A stretch of DNA of 64,000 nt from Octopus sinensis (Eukaryota). Numbering within the stretch: position 1 is the stretch's first letter; each line of letters starts with the position of its first letter. Location of the stretch: contig NC_043001.1 of the NCBI RefSeq assembly GCF_006345805.1, positions 62,930,001 to 62,994,000 on the forward strand, given 5' to 3'. The notes below the pieces were generated by a model. It was given only the letters and a program-made list of their open reading frames with translations, searched no databases and had not been told where the DNA came from. Made by a program: the position numbers and the translations under genes. Positions 51,286 through 64,000 of this stretch are shown in pieces.

Positions 51286-52477
51286 AATAACAATTTAATG
51301 AATAAAACATATGCTTACATTCATACATACATATATGTACATACCTACATCTATATGTATATATACATGCATATATGAGTACAGGACACCACAAATAAAC
51401 GTAGAACACAACGAGAAACGAAAACATAAAATCAAACAAGGAAACAGATTTTTTTTAACAACGAAAAAACAGAGTACAAGATAAACGATACAAGGAATAT
51501 TCCCCTTCATCAGCTGCCCCTGTTTCGATTCAATGCGTGTTTTGAAGGTAAGGGCAGAACACGATCCGGCCGAAGCAGTCCTTCCTGCAAAGTAAATAAA
51601 ATTCTTTTGCAGAGGAGTAAAAAAAGTGACAAGAATAGGACGTAAAAGCAATACAAATGAAGAAAAAAAACAGTAGGACAAGGAAACCAACAATAAGGGC
51701 TTTTTGTTTTTTATGCCTAGACGGTGGAAAAATTCGTTAGAACACATTCTGAAGATCGGCTTGCGGAAGACAGAAGAAAGCCGATGTTGACTTGTTGAAA
51801 GCAGTGTGCAGAAAGAAAGTTAGTAGCCCTCCGGTCAGCGGCCAGAGAGAGGAGGAGGAGTGAGAGAGAGAGGAAGGAAAAAAAGCCAGAAAGGGTGAAA
51901 AATAAGAAGGACAGAGACAGAGAGGAAGACAGACAGGCAGGGAGGAAAGGTCAAGTAAAGAGTTAAGAGTGCGCGTCATAATTATTGAAATAAAACTTAC
52001 TTGGAGAAGAAGAAAAAGAAAACGACGTGAGCGTTCAATCATATATTAACAATTTAATAAATAAAACATATGCATACATACATACATATATGTACATACC
52101 TACATCTATATGTATATATACATGCATATACGAGTACAGGACACCACAAATAAACGTAGAACACGAGAAACGAAAACATAAAATCAAACAAGGAAACAGA
52201 CTTTTTTAACAACGAAAAAACAGAGTACAAGACAAACGATACAAGGAATATTCCCCTTTATCAGCTGCCCCTGTTTCGACTCAATGCGTGTTTCGAAGGT
52301 AAGGGCAGAACACGATCCGGCCGAAGCAGTCCTTCCTGCAAAATGAATTAAGTAAAATTCTTTTGCAGAGGGGTAAAAAAAGTGACAAGAACAGGACGTA
52401 AAAGCAATACATATGAAGAAAAAAAACAGTACAAATAAAGAATAAAAACAGGACAAGGAAACCAACAATAAGGGCTT
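51286..52477 (-). mobile_element. Non-coding element: two ~420-bp direct repeats flanking a ~340-bp purine-rich spacer
   Basis: 51286-51702 ~ 52044-52477; each carries CTGAT(G/A)A-AGGGG on the minus strand. Confidence 0.75.
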
Positions 52478-55400
52478 ATGTATATACATGTGTGTATGTA
52501 TATATACATGTATATATATATATGTGTGTGTATGTATATATATATATGTGTATGTATATATATGTGTGTGTGTGTGTATGTATATATATATATGTGTGTG
52601 TGTATGTACATATATGTATTTATATATTTGTGTGTATGTACATATATGTATATATATATATATATGTGTGTATGTATATATGTGTGTATATATATATGTA
52701 TATATATGTATATATATGTGTGTATGTATATATATGTATATATATGTGTGTATGTATATATATGTATATATATATGTGTGTATGTATATATATGTATATA
52801 TATATGTGTGTATGTATATGTGTGTATGTATATATATATGTATATATATATATGTGTGTATGTGTATATATATATGTATATATATATGTGTGTATGTGTA
52901 TATATATATGTATATATATATGTGTGTATGTGTATATATATATATGTGTGTATGTATATATATGTATATATATATATATGTGTGTATGTATATATATGTA
53001 TATATATATGTGTGTATGTATATATGTATATATATATATGTGTGTATGTATATATATATATGTGTGTATGTATATATATGTATATATATATATGTGTGTA
53101 TGTATATATATGTATATATATATATGTGTATGTATATATATGTGTGTATGTATATATATGTATATATATATGTGTGTATGTATATATATGTATATATATA
53201 TATGTGTGTATGTATATATATGTGTGTATGTATATATATGTATATATATATATGTGTGTATGTATATATATGTATATATATATATGTGTGTGTATGTATA
53301 TATATATATATGTGTGTATGTATATATATGTATATATATATATGTGTGTATGTATATATGTATATATATATATGTGTGTATGTATATATATGTATATATA
53401 TATGTGTGTATGTATATATATGTATATATATATATGTGTGTATGTATATATATGTATATATATATATGTGTGTATGTATATATATGTATATATATATGTG
53501 TGTATGTATATATATGTATATATATATATGTGTGTATGTATATATATGTATATATATATTGTGTGTATGTATATATATGTATATATATATTATGTGTGTA
53601 TGTATATATATATATGTGTATGTATATATATATATGTGTATGTATATATATGTATATATATATATGTGTATGTATATATATGTATATATATATATGTGTA
53701 TGTATATATATGTATATATATATATGTGTATGTATATATATGTATATATATATATGTGTATGTATATATATGTATATATATATATATGTGTATGTATATA
53801 TATGTATATATATATGGTGTATGTATATATATGTATATATATATATGTGTGTATGTATTATATGTATATATATATATGTGTGTATGTATATATATGTATA
53901 TATATATATGTGTGTATGTATATATATGTATATATATATATGTGTGTATGTATATATATGTATATATATATATGTGTGTATGTATATATATGTATATATA
54001 TATATGTGTGTATGTATATATATGTATATATATATATGTGTGTATGTATATATATGTATATATATATATGTGTGTATGTATATATATGTATATATATATA
54101 TGTGTGTATGTATATATATGTATATATATATATGTGTGTATGTATATATATGTATATATATATATGTGTGTATGTATATATATGTATATATATATGTGTG
54201 TATGTATATATATTATATATATATATGTGTGTATGTATATATATATATATATATATGTGTGTATGTATATATATTGTATATATATATGTGTGTATGTATA
54301 TATATGTATATATATATGTGTGTATGTATATATATGTATATATATATGTGTGTATGTATATTATGTATATATATATATGGTGTATGTATATATATGTATA
54401 TATATATGTGTGTATGTATAATATGTATATATATAGTGTGTGTATGTATATGTGTATATATATGTATATATGTGTGTATATATATATGTGTGTATATATA
54501 TATATGGTGTGTATGTATATAATATATATATATATATGTGTGTATGTATATATATGTATATATATATATGTGTGTATGTATATATATGTAATATATATAT
54601 GTGTATGTATATATATATATATATATATGTGTGTATGTATATATATGTATATATATATGTGTGTATGTAATATATGTATATATATATGTGTGTGTATGTA
54701 TATATGTATATATATGTGTATGTATATATATATAATATGTGTGTATGTATATATAGTATATATATGTGTGTATGTATATATATGTATGTGTATGTATATA
54801 TATGTATATATATATGTGTGTATGTATATATATGTATATATATATGTGTGTATGTATATATATGTATATATATATGTGTGTATGTATATATATGTATATA
54901 TATATGTGTGTATGTATATATATGTATATATATATGTGTGTATGTATATATATGTATATATATATGTGTGTATGTATATATATATGTGTGTATGTATATA
55001 TATGTATATATATATGTGTGTATGTATATATATGTATATATATATGTGTGTATGTATATATGTATATTTATATGTGTGTATGTATATATATGTATATATA
55101 TATGTGTGTATGTATATATATGTATATATATATGTGTGTGTGTATGTATATATATGTATATATATATATATATATATGTGTGTGTATGTATATATATGTA
55201 TATATATATATATATGTGTGTATGTATATATGTGCATATGTATATAGATATATGTATATATATATGTGCATATGTATATAGATATATGTATATATATATG
55301 TGCATATGTATATAGATATATGTATATATATATGTGCATATGTATATAGATATATGTATATATATATGTGCATATGTATATAGATATATGTATATATATA

Positions 55401-55800
55401 TGTGCATATGTATATAGATATATGTATATATCTATGTGCATATGTATATAGATATATGTATATATATATGTGCATATGTATATAGATATATGTATATATA
55501 TATGCATATGTATATAGATATATGTATATATATATGTGCATATGTATATAGATATATGTATATATATATGTGCATATGTATATAGATATATGTATATATA
55601 TATGTGCATATGTATATAGATATATGTATATATATATGTGCATATGTATATAGATATAAGTATATCTATGTGCGTATGTATATATATGTGTACATATATA
55701 CATATGTATATGTGTGTATATATATACATATCTATATATGTATATGTGTATATATATGTATATGTGCATATATATATACATATCTATATATGGATATATA
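52478..55800. repeat. ~3.3-kb (TA/TG)-derived minisatellite with two higher-order units
   Basis: ~26-28-bp tatatatgtgtgtatgtatatatatgta-type unit to ~55230, then ~32-bp tgtgcatatgtatatagatatatgtatatata-type unit. Confidence 0.93.
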
Positions 55801-56018
55801 TGTATGTATAAAAATGGAGAAATACATCTAAATCAATTATCAATTACCAGATAATACTCAATCACATTCTTTATTAAACCACCACATAAGAGACTGTCGG
55901 GTTAAACATAAAAAAGCAGAACAAAACAGTGTACATAAAAGAGTAATGTTGTATAATAAGTAGAATATATATAAAAAAGAGAATATACATATAAGTAAAT
56001 ATAAATATAAGTATAGAT

Positions 56019-56151
56019 TACATCTTACAGCTGTTTCGGCCATGTAGATAAGTATGTCTCATTTTACCAATATTAACCTTTTATGGTAGGTCAATATATA
56101 GATATAAATGAGACATTTACAAAAATATCATAAGGCCTCCTCGAAGATATA
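56019..56151 (-). ncRNA. Degenerate type I hammerhead with long stem II
   Basis: TATATCT|TCGAGGA|GGCC...ATGTCTCATTT...AAATGAGACAT...GGCC|GAAAC AGCT GTA|AGATGTA; core differs from CTGAGGA at positions 3-4. Confidence 0.6.
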
Positions 56152-56720
56152 CATATACATATAAGGGTATATACTCACACTCCTATACATATAAAAGTAT
56201 ACATATGCATAATAATGTAAATAAATAATATAAATTAGTAAACATATATATGTTCCACATTCAATGTTTCAGTTCTTCAACTTAATATTGTGATAATATA
56301 CATACACATATTAGTACCTAGATGCAAATATACATAGTCAATAGTACATTATATTACTTCCTACTAATTTCCAAAGTGTCATTAAAGTTAGCATCATTAT
56401 CGTTGTCAATACCATTAATGCTACCATTATTATCATTCATAATATTATTAATAGCGCTTACATTAGGATCCAAAGTGGCACATATGTATGTCCGGGTTCC
56501 AATTAGTAATTTTCCTTATGACATAAATACACTATTGGATTTGAATTTAAATTATCATTGTCTTCTTCATGGTTGGTCCGTTGAGAGCCGCCCGACCTCC
56601 ACCACACCGCACAAGAAAAACATACATATCCACATCCAACCCTAAACCCACACGTCCACATAAAAACCCACACACACATGAATACACCCCGACACATTGC
56701 ATTTACAACCCCTATCTCAA

Positions 56721-56760
<40 letters not shown>

Positions 56761-56767
56761 TACATAT

Positions 56768-57110
56768 CTGAGACCACCTTCGGTTTCGACATAGACCATG
56801 GGATTGCACCTAGAAAGTTACCCTCCCAGGCACAAGTCAGGGGAAGGTTGTTTATGGAAGACCAGCAGTCACCAACGCATTCCGGCCTCCCTTCTCCACT
56901 CCACCAGTTGTATCCAAGGGAAAGGCAAAGGCCGATACAGCTTGGCACCTGTGATGTCACAACTCATTTCTACAGCTGAGTGAACTGGTGGAACATGAAA
57001 AAAGGTGTCTTGCTCAAGAACACAACACACAGCCCTGTCCAAGATTTGATCTCACAACCTCACGATCGTAAGCTCAATGCTCTAACCACTGAGCCATGCG
57101 CCTTCACACA
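56768..57110 (-). mobile_element. tRNA-derived SINE (second family)
   Basis: Minus-strand head ggcgcatggctcagtggttagagc followed by gtgttcttgagcaagacac...cactcagctgtagaaatgag central domain. Confidence 0.82.
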
Positions 57111-59077
57111 TTCACTTCCACTCCTGTTGCTGTGGTAGCAGTTGAGATGGTATGAGGTGATATTAATAGTATGAGCTGTCGGTGTGATAGAGGCGGAGGT
57201 GATGGTGGTGGTACATGAGGTGGTCAAGCATGTGAATGTTAAGTGAAAATTTTTATCTTAATGTTTATAAAACATAGCTTCAGGCTAGCTAACAGTTGTT
57301 ATTGCTGTTGTTGAGGAATAGAGAAAAATAGAATATATCATTATTCATTCCACTCTAACAATTAACAAAAGTATCTTTTTTGTTAGAGGTGGTTTGGGGA
57401 GGGGGTAGTGAAAAATAATAATAGAAGCTGATGATAGATTCATTGAAGAGTTATCTGGAAAAGTTCTCAATACTTTCAAGCTGCAACATCTGGGTTCCTG
57501 CCAAACATTCTTGGTTAGCTTCTCTAGTACAACTTCTTAACAGTAATTCTGTTAAACAATAGCCTCTCCTCAACTTACAATTATGAGGGATAACACAAAA
57601 CTTTCTTCTTTTCTTTATTTCTGTTTTCACTAGATGACACTAGTCCTCATTCTTCACTACAACACCACTACACATATCATCTCTTTTTTCTCCCACACCT
57701 CTACTTGATATGTGGCTATTCACTGAATTACAGCTCTCTGTTAGATACAATTACTATTCTATCTAATAACAAAATATAAATCATCTGGACAGTGCATTCT
57801 GGTGAAATTCTATGATACCTGACTTACAGAATCTTGCATCAAAAAGATAGGGTTTTTCTATACAGAGCCAAATATTTTTTGAACTACCATATTTTAGCTT
57901 TGTATAAAACCTCATATGAAATTTACTTGCTAATTATCATTTTTACCTGGTGCCACCTTAATTATTTGGTACATCCTTAATGCAATCCAACTAAAATCTG
58001 TACTGAATATAGATCTTAGTAAAGATACAGATAGATATTGTAGGATGTTAGAGAAGATACATACCAAACTGTGACTGTTTTAGTTTCTCTTTTAAAAAAT
58101 ACACACTGTAGTTGTTGCTATTGTTGTTTAGCATAGTATCAATCCTAATTGAAAGACACAATCAAAGGTGTTCCAGTCATAATCATTGTTTTGCCTCAGA
58201 TCACCCCTGATTGATCAGACTTATGATCAAAAGTGTTCCACCCATGCCCCTGTTGTGGTAATCACTTGGTAGCAATACTTGCTTTTTGGTTTGTTGTTTT
58301 ACTCAAACAATGAGACAGTAAAGACAAGATGTATTGATCAGTGGTAAGAAACTGTGATGGGCATCAGCATAGGGGTGACTGGGAGAAGGAGTGGTGAAAT
58401 TATGTTAACTAGTGAAAGGGGTGTGAGTGATGAATAGTGAACTAAAAGTGATTGATATCAATAGAGGGGGGTGACCTATGTTAAAAGGGAGTAGTGGACA
58501 TTAATGGCAGTTATATGATGGTGGATATTAATGGCAGTTACATGTTTGCTGATTGAGCTGGAAGAAGGAAAGTGTGAGGAGTGAGTGTAGTATATCAGAT
58601 ACCATCAGATCCAATGCAAACCTAATTTACTCAGGAGAGGGAGAGAGAGAGAAAGAAAGAGAGATGTGTTTGGTGTGTATGACAATGTACCATACAGTTC
58701 TATATTCACGCAATTGTTTTTGCAAAAATAAAAATGAACTTTAGTGGGTGTGTAAATTATATGAGTAGATCATTTCCAGAATTTTTTTAGAAATTATTTT
58801 TGTTGTAAAAAGATGTAAACATTCGTACCGGAAGTTGACTCCTTTAATGGACTTAAATACAATGAAGTTGACTTTTATTTATGGTGGTTGGTATAATACT
58901 CACTTTTTCTGTATAAATTTACTAAAACCATTAAATGGCTAACTACTTTTTGAAGTCTGACGTACATACTGGTAATCATGGTTAGGACCATATTTTACTC
59001 GGTTGTGTAAAGTGTCATTGAAGCTGATGTTTATTAGTAATTAAACTTAATTTGCTACATATGTGTGTATTTATCAG

Positions 59078-59169
59078 CTTTGTTTTCGTTGATAATTCTT
59101 ATCAACAACTTTTCCTGTGATTGTGGTTTGAAAAGATATACAGCAAAGATCCGACATAATCTCTTGTGG
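59078..59169 (+). other. Candidate 92-nt host exon
   Basis: atcag|...|gtaagc borders; one open frame (LFSLIILINNFSCDCGLKRYTAKIRHNLLW); weak pyrimidine tract; no homology recognised. Confidence 0.25.
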
Positions 59170-59289
59170 GTAAGCAATGTAAAATGAAGTTTATTATAAA
59201 CAAGAAAGCGTGTCCACCATCATCCCAACAACAACCTTGGTCACCTTTTTGAATTCCATATAACAAACACTTGCGGACATGCTTATAAA

Positions 59290-59430
59290 GTAAAAAAACA
59301 ACACAGCACCAATGACTTTCAGAAACATTTTTTCATGCTCAGAATTGCTGATGCATGGAAGAAACTACTCACACCAGTTGTTAGCTTTTGAGACACTACG
59401 TCCTTCAAAACTTCCATGCTTCCTGAAATC
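59290..59430 (+). mobile_element. CR1/L2-like LINE 3' remnant
   Basis: RKHFFMLRIADAWKKL-like translation, resembling the CR1 terminal F..R....WN.L motif. Confidence 0.5.
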
Positions 59431-60660
59431 TGCCAACAATACACCTTATGTTTTTTTTTGTTTTTTTTAGTTATAGTGCACCTGAGCACTGTATACAACA
59501 ATTTCCTTCATTATATCATATATACGTGTTCACAATTTGTAAAATAATACTTTAGTTATTTCTGGTTATGCAGAGACACACAAACACGCGGTCTCATACA
59601 GGTACATGTGTGCACGCACACTCAAACACATAGTCTCATACATTTACATACACATACAAACACTCACAATCTCATAGTTAAATACACTTAAACACACAGT
59701 CTCATACAGTTACATGCACGCAAACACACACACAACCAGCGACATATTTTTCATTTGTTTATTTTTATTATTGGGATGCTAATGTTGAGGGAGAAGGAGG
59801 TTATACCAAGTAGCTAAAAGAGACTGACATTGTAAGTCTCATAAGGGAGGAGAAGGAGCATGTGTCAGTCCTGCAAAACCGATTTTATTTATATAGACAA
59901 CACAAACACTTTGTAATTTAATAGCTTTTAATGTGATACCTGTAAAACAGAAATTATTTTTATTTAATGAAAATCTTAAAAAATCTAATGCTAAATCTAA
60001 TAAAATCTATGCTAAATACAACTAAATTGAAAACCTTTTCCCCCTGGCCTTATTGGCAATTCTGAAAAGTTTTGGGTGTGAATTTTACATGAGTAGAAGC
60101 TTTTCTTAACAATTTTTATCCTGAAAATCACCTGCGTAAATTACACAAGTGCACAATTTACATGGTTTTTTACGGTTATCTGCTTATTTGACTTAAAGAA
60201 AACATGATAACTTCTTTTCTTTATCATTTTTAGTTAGTTTTGTTTGTTGTATTCCAATTTCATTGTTTCAAAAGTTCATTTCAATATTCATTAACAGTTG
60301 AATATTTTTCACTAAAATTTCCAATTTATTTGATCAAAAGCTGTGTGAGAAATTAAAATTACTTTCTAAGATCAGTGATTTAAATAAAAACATATTCAAC
60401 TTCTCAAATTCAATTAAGTCAAGTTGCTAATAATCTAATTATATTGCATTTGACATAAATTGGAAGTAAAGCTGTAACTTAGTATGTCTAACCTGTAAAC
60501 TTAAATATTCTAATAGTGCTCTTGCATGGTTCCTGTAAACTCTAACAATAATGTTATTTGTATCAAGTGACATAGAAATTATTTAGATTATTTTGCTCCT
60601 CTGTTACAATTTTGTTTGTTTTTTCATTATAAAATTATATTGTAAATTTTATATTTACAA

Positions 60661-61167
60661 CTAGCAGTATTGCCCGGCGTTGCTCGGGTTTGTAAGGGAA
60701 ATAACTATATAAGCATTTTTAGAGAGTTACTTCCCTTATAGATGCCAATTCGGGCTTTCTTAGCCATTTCTGTTTTGGTGTCTTCAAGCCATGAAGTCGT
60801 TGTTCTAAAAGAACGCTGGTCTCCTTGACAACGCTTTACAACGTTGATTTCCTTACACTCCCTTCCCCACAGCTTCACGAGGGAGGGAAGAAGGGGGAGA
60901 AGCAAACAGGTGTGACCATGGACGCCAACTCCGCCGCCATCGACACACGAAAAATTATGCATTAAAATGGAATAAAAAATGATGTTAAATTATTTTTAAA
61001 ATCGTAGACTCATCGTAGACGCGCGCTAATACTCAGACGGGCTCGATATGAATCACGACTATAAGATACCCGAATTTGGTTAAACTGCACCGCAAAATGT
61101 GGGAGTAGTTAGGAATCTAAATAGAAGGGGACAGACACTCGCACAACTACAGTTTTATATATATAGA
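60661..61167 (-). mobile_element. Non-autonomous Helitron
   Basis: Minus strand TC start at 61167; 3' end cccgagcaacgccgggcaatactgCTAG nearly identical to 31218-31245; A|T insertion site. Confidence 0.85.
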
Positions 61168-62443
61168 TATATTTGAGGTCATGTTATTGTAGAAGGAATG
61201 TCACAAAAAAACTTCCTCTTTAAGTTATTTGGTTTGAGAATCAAAGTATTTAATCAAAGTTCGGAGCCAATGATTGAGATATAAAAAAAAGTTCCAAGTA
61301 TAATTTTCTAGATTACAAAGTATGAAATTAAATCTAAAAATGGTAGTTTTTAATATTGTCAACTCAGCACTATTTTAACTTATGACAAAGTTCTTATTCT
61401 TTGGAAAAAAAAAAAATACTTTGTCCAAAATATCAAAACTCACCACACTTCATAACACATAAAATTTTTATTTTTGTCAACAGAACTCCTTCCCATTTTT
61501 TTTTTTTTTTGATTCTAAGATTGTTTGTGACTAAGTTAGAATCAATAGTTTTGTGGGAATCTTTTATACAGAGTAACTGAAGTCAGAATACATAGGCAAA
61601 ATGCATATTTTGGATAATTTAATTCAACTACATTAATGAATAACATTTTCAATATAGTTTCCACCATCAGTGATTTGAAGTTCAATGCACTTTGCAAGAT
61701 TGACATGAATCTAATGCAATAACTATACATTTCCATCAATTTGAGCTCATTCATTATTCTATAGACTTTATGGTCACCTTGTGGGCTGTAATTATGGCAG
61801 TAATTTGAAAATTGCTGCTAGCTAAGTTAATTAGGGTCAGCAATATTTATCTTTTCATTACTGGTGTACTGTTTTCCCTACCAACACTAGAATAATTACT
61901 GGGGACAAGGTACAGTTTCATTTGTTCAAGTAGAAAGACCACTGCTTAAGTTGTATTTAAATAAAGAGGGAAACTTGTGTAGCTTGAGGGGAAAATACAT
62001 TTCATTTGATGTCTTGGAATAAACAATTTTATTAAATTTTACATTATTGATATTGAGGTACTACTGATTAGATAGGAAACTGTTACAATATACCCACATT
62101 TGCTTGATTTATCAGAAGATTTGTTCCAGAGATTAAACAATAGTAAGCAATAGTTTGATTTATTTCTTAAGAACCTTTACAAAATTGAAAAATTAGAAAA
62201 TGTAATTAATATTTCTCAGATTGTTGCATCATTCCAACTTTTGGTTGTTTTGCCTAATTACCTAAAAAAATAAAAGTGAAAATATTGTAAATAATGGGAT
62301 TAAATTTTACAAAGTTTGTGTGAATAAAATTTTTTGGCATTTGAAATATATTAAAGAATTAGTTTAATGTTGACAGTTGAAGAATTAGACTTCAGCAAAC
62401 TATCATGTTACTTGTTTGTTACAATACATAAATTATGTTAAAT

Positions 62444-62469
62444 TATTTTTGTTTTTCTTTCAGGTAAGT
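62444..62469 (+). other. Juxtaposed 3' and 5' splice-site consensus (YnCAG|GTAAGT)
   Basis: ttattttgtttttctttCAG|GTAAGT. Confidence 0.4.
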
Positions 62470-64000
62470 AACCCTGCTTTTTACTCCTAACTCTGGATAT
62501 TTTATAGCAGGCACTTTGTGGCCAGGAGTCCAGATTTATCCACTGTTTATCCATGCTGCAGTCTATTATGGTACAAGTGGTATATGCAAGATAAGAAAAG
62601 TATTTTTATTTAATCATTTTGTTGAACAGCTTGTCTTTCTTTGTAACAATATTTATTTTATGAAATGCACAACTTAGATTGGCATAGATTATGACTTAAT
62701 GTTACAAAGACCAATATAATTTTACTGAGTGTTTATGTTAGACATCTCTCTCACTCTAATATACCTTGTACAACAACAACAGCAACAATATATTCCACAT
62801 CTGTAAAATTTACAGTCTGATAGCTACGAGGTTTTCCTTTATCAGTTCTGTCAAAAATTACTTTAATCTGTAAACAATTTGAACATGTATATTTTATGAT
62901 AGACCTTTTATTTTAGGCCATTATTGTCCTTGTTGTAATCACTGTCAACATGAGAACTTTTCCTCAACAGTCTTGAAGGCCTTGCTAAAAAGTGTAGGGT
63001 TTTTAATTTCTTTGATTTCTGGATAATATATCAAAATGAAAACATCATCACTGTCATGGTGTGAACTGTAAGGAGAACTATGTTGAGAAATAAGCCTCAT
63101 TTGGTCACATTCCATCAGAGTGTCTTAATCAGCCCATGCATGTTTCAACCAACCTTTGTATTTAATAACCACTCTTAGTAACATTAAAACTTGGAGTGTT
63201 ATCTTGTGGGATAATTTCAATATCCTAGATTCTTTAGACCAGGCATGAGCAACTTTTCCGAGAAGCAGGCCGCATGAGATATGGCTCATCATCAGGCAGG
63301 CTGCAAGCGCTTATTTACATTTGTACCCACATTTAAAAAAAAGGGTGGTAACTCAAGTTTTGATTTGTTTCTTCAGAATTTGTACAGGTTTTCCTCGGTC
63401 ATAAAAATGATAGAAAGATAAATTACAACTGAAAAGCTGGGGTAAAAAAAAATCAAAGATTTCACTTTCATTTAATTGTAGATTTTATTATTCTGATATG
63501 TAAATTAGCACCAAAACTTTTTCCCTGGAGAAAAGAATTATTATGAATGTTTGTTTTTGAAACAAAACATGTGAATATCTGCCAATATTGAAAACCTTAC
63601 TTTCAATGAAAGATTGCAAAATTCACAAAATATCGTACTTAATCATTGTTATGTATGTGGTTTAGTCGAACCTTTTCAAGCTATGGTTGCAACTGAAGTG
63701 GCTTTGATTATTGCTCAGCTGGATGAAGACTGATCAAGGGTCATCATAATAGATATTTACCTTTCTATCATGATACCTTATTGCTTATAATTCTATAACA
63801 ACCAGATGCTGTAATAGCCCACTTGTAAATGGCTTCCCAAATAATTGTTGGGGTAAAACAAACTGAAAAATAGAAATAAATTTGTGTGTGTGTGTGTGTG
63901 TAAGAGTGATAGGTACAGTTGTTTCTAATGTAGTCTTTAAAATAGACTAGTTAGTTCCAATTGATTTATTTATTTGAAATATAGTCTCTTCTCCCAATTA

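Noticed and set aside
63289-63295. CTGATGA on the minus strand followed by a small hairpin
   Set aside because: No GAAA, stem III or stem I.
1-64000. CRISPR arrays, rRNA, prokaryote-style operons
   Set aside because: No repeat-spacer arrays or rRNA-like sequence; content is typical of a eukaryotic TE landscape.

Overview
Eukaryotic, AT-rich, repeat-saturated DNA with no confidently identifiable host protein-coding gene; probably intergenic or a long intron. The SINE/LINE families and heavy (TA/CA)n load resemble coleoid cephalopod (Octopus-like) DNA; this is recalled family resemblance, not a database result. Contents: two decayed RTE LINEs, three to four CR1-group LINE pieces, a near-intact 5.4-kb Tx1/L1-clade LINE, an R4/Dong-like remnant, a decayed mariner, a Helitron PIF1-helicase 3' fragment with two non-autonomous relatives, tRNA-derived SINEs and long micro/minisatellites. 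The main unexplained signal is a set of 11 hand-folded type I hammerhead ribozyme (HHR) motifs, intact or degenerate, plus one half-motif. Most have a minimal (pseudo)palindromic stem III, and two lie next to Penelope-like (GIY-YIG) coding remnants. They occur as a ~562-bp head-to-tail array ending in a fold-back, a ~450-bp palindrome, and inverted pseudo-LTR pairs, concentrated at 17.4-23.8 kb. This looks like a retrozyme/Penelope-type self-cleaving RNA system. All folds were done by eye and no activity is shown.
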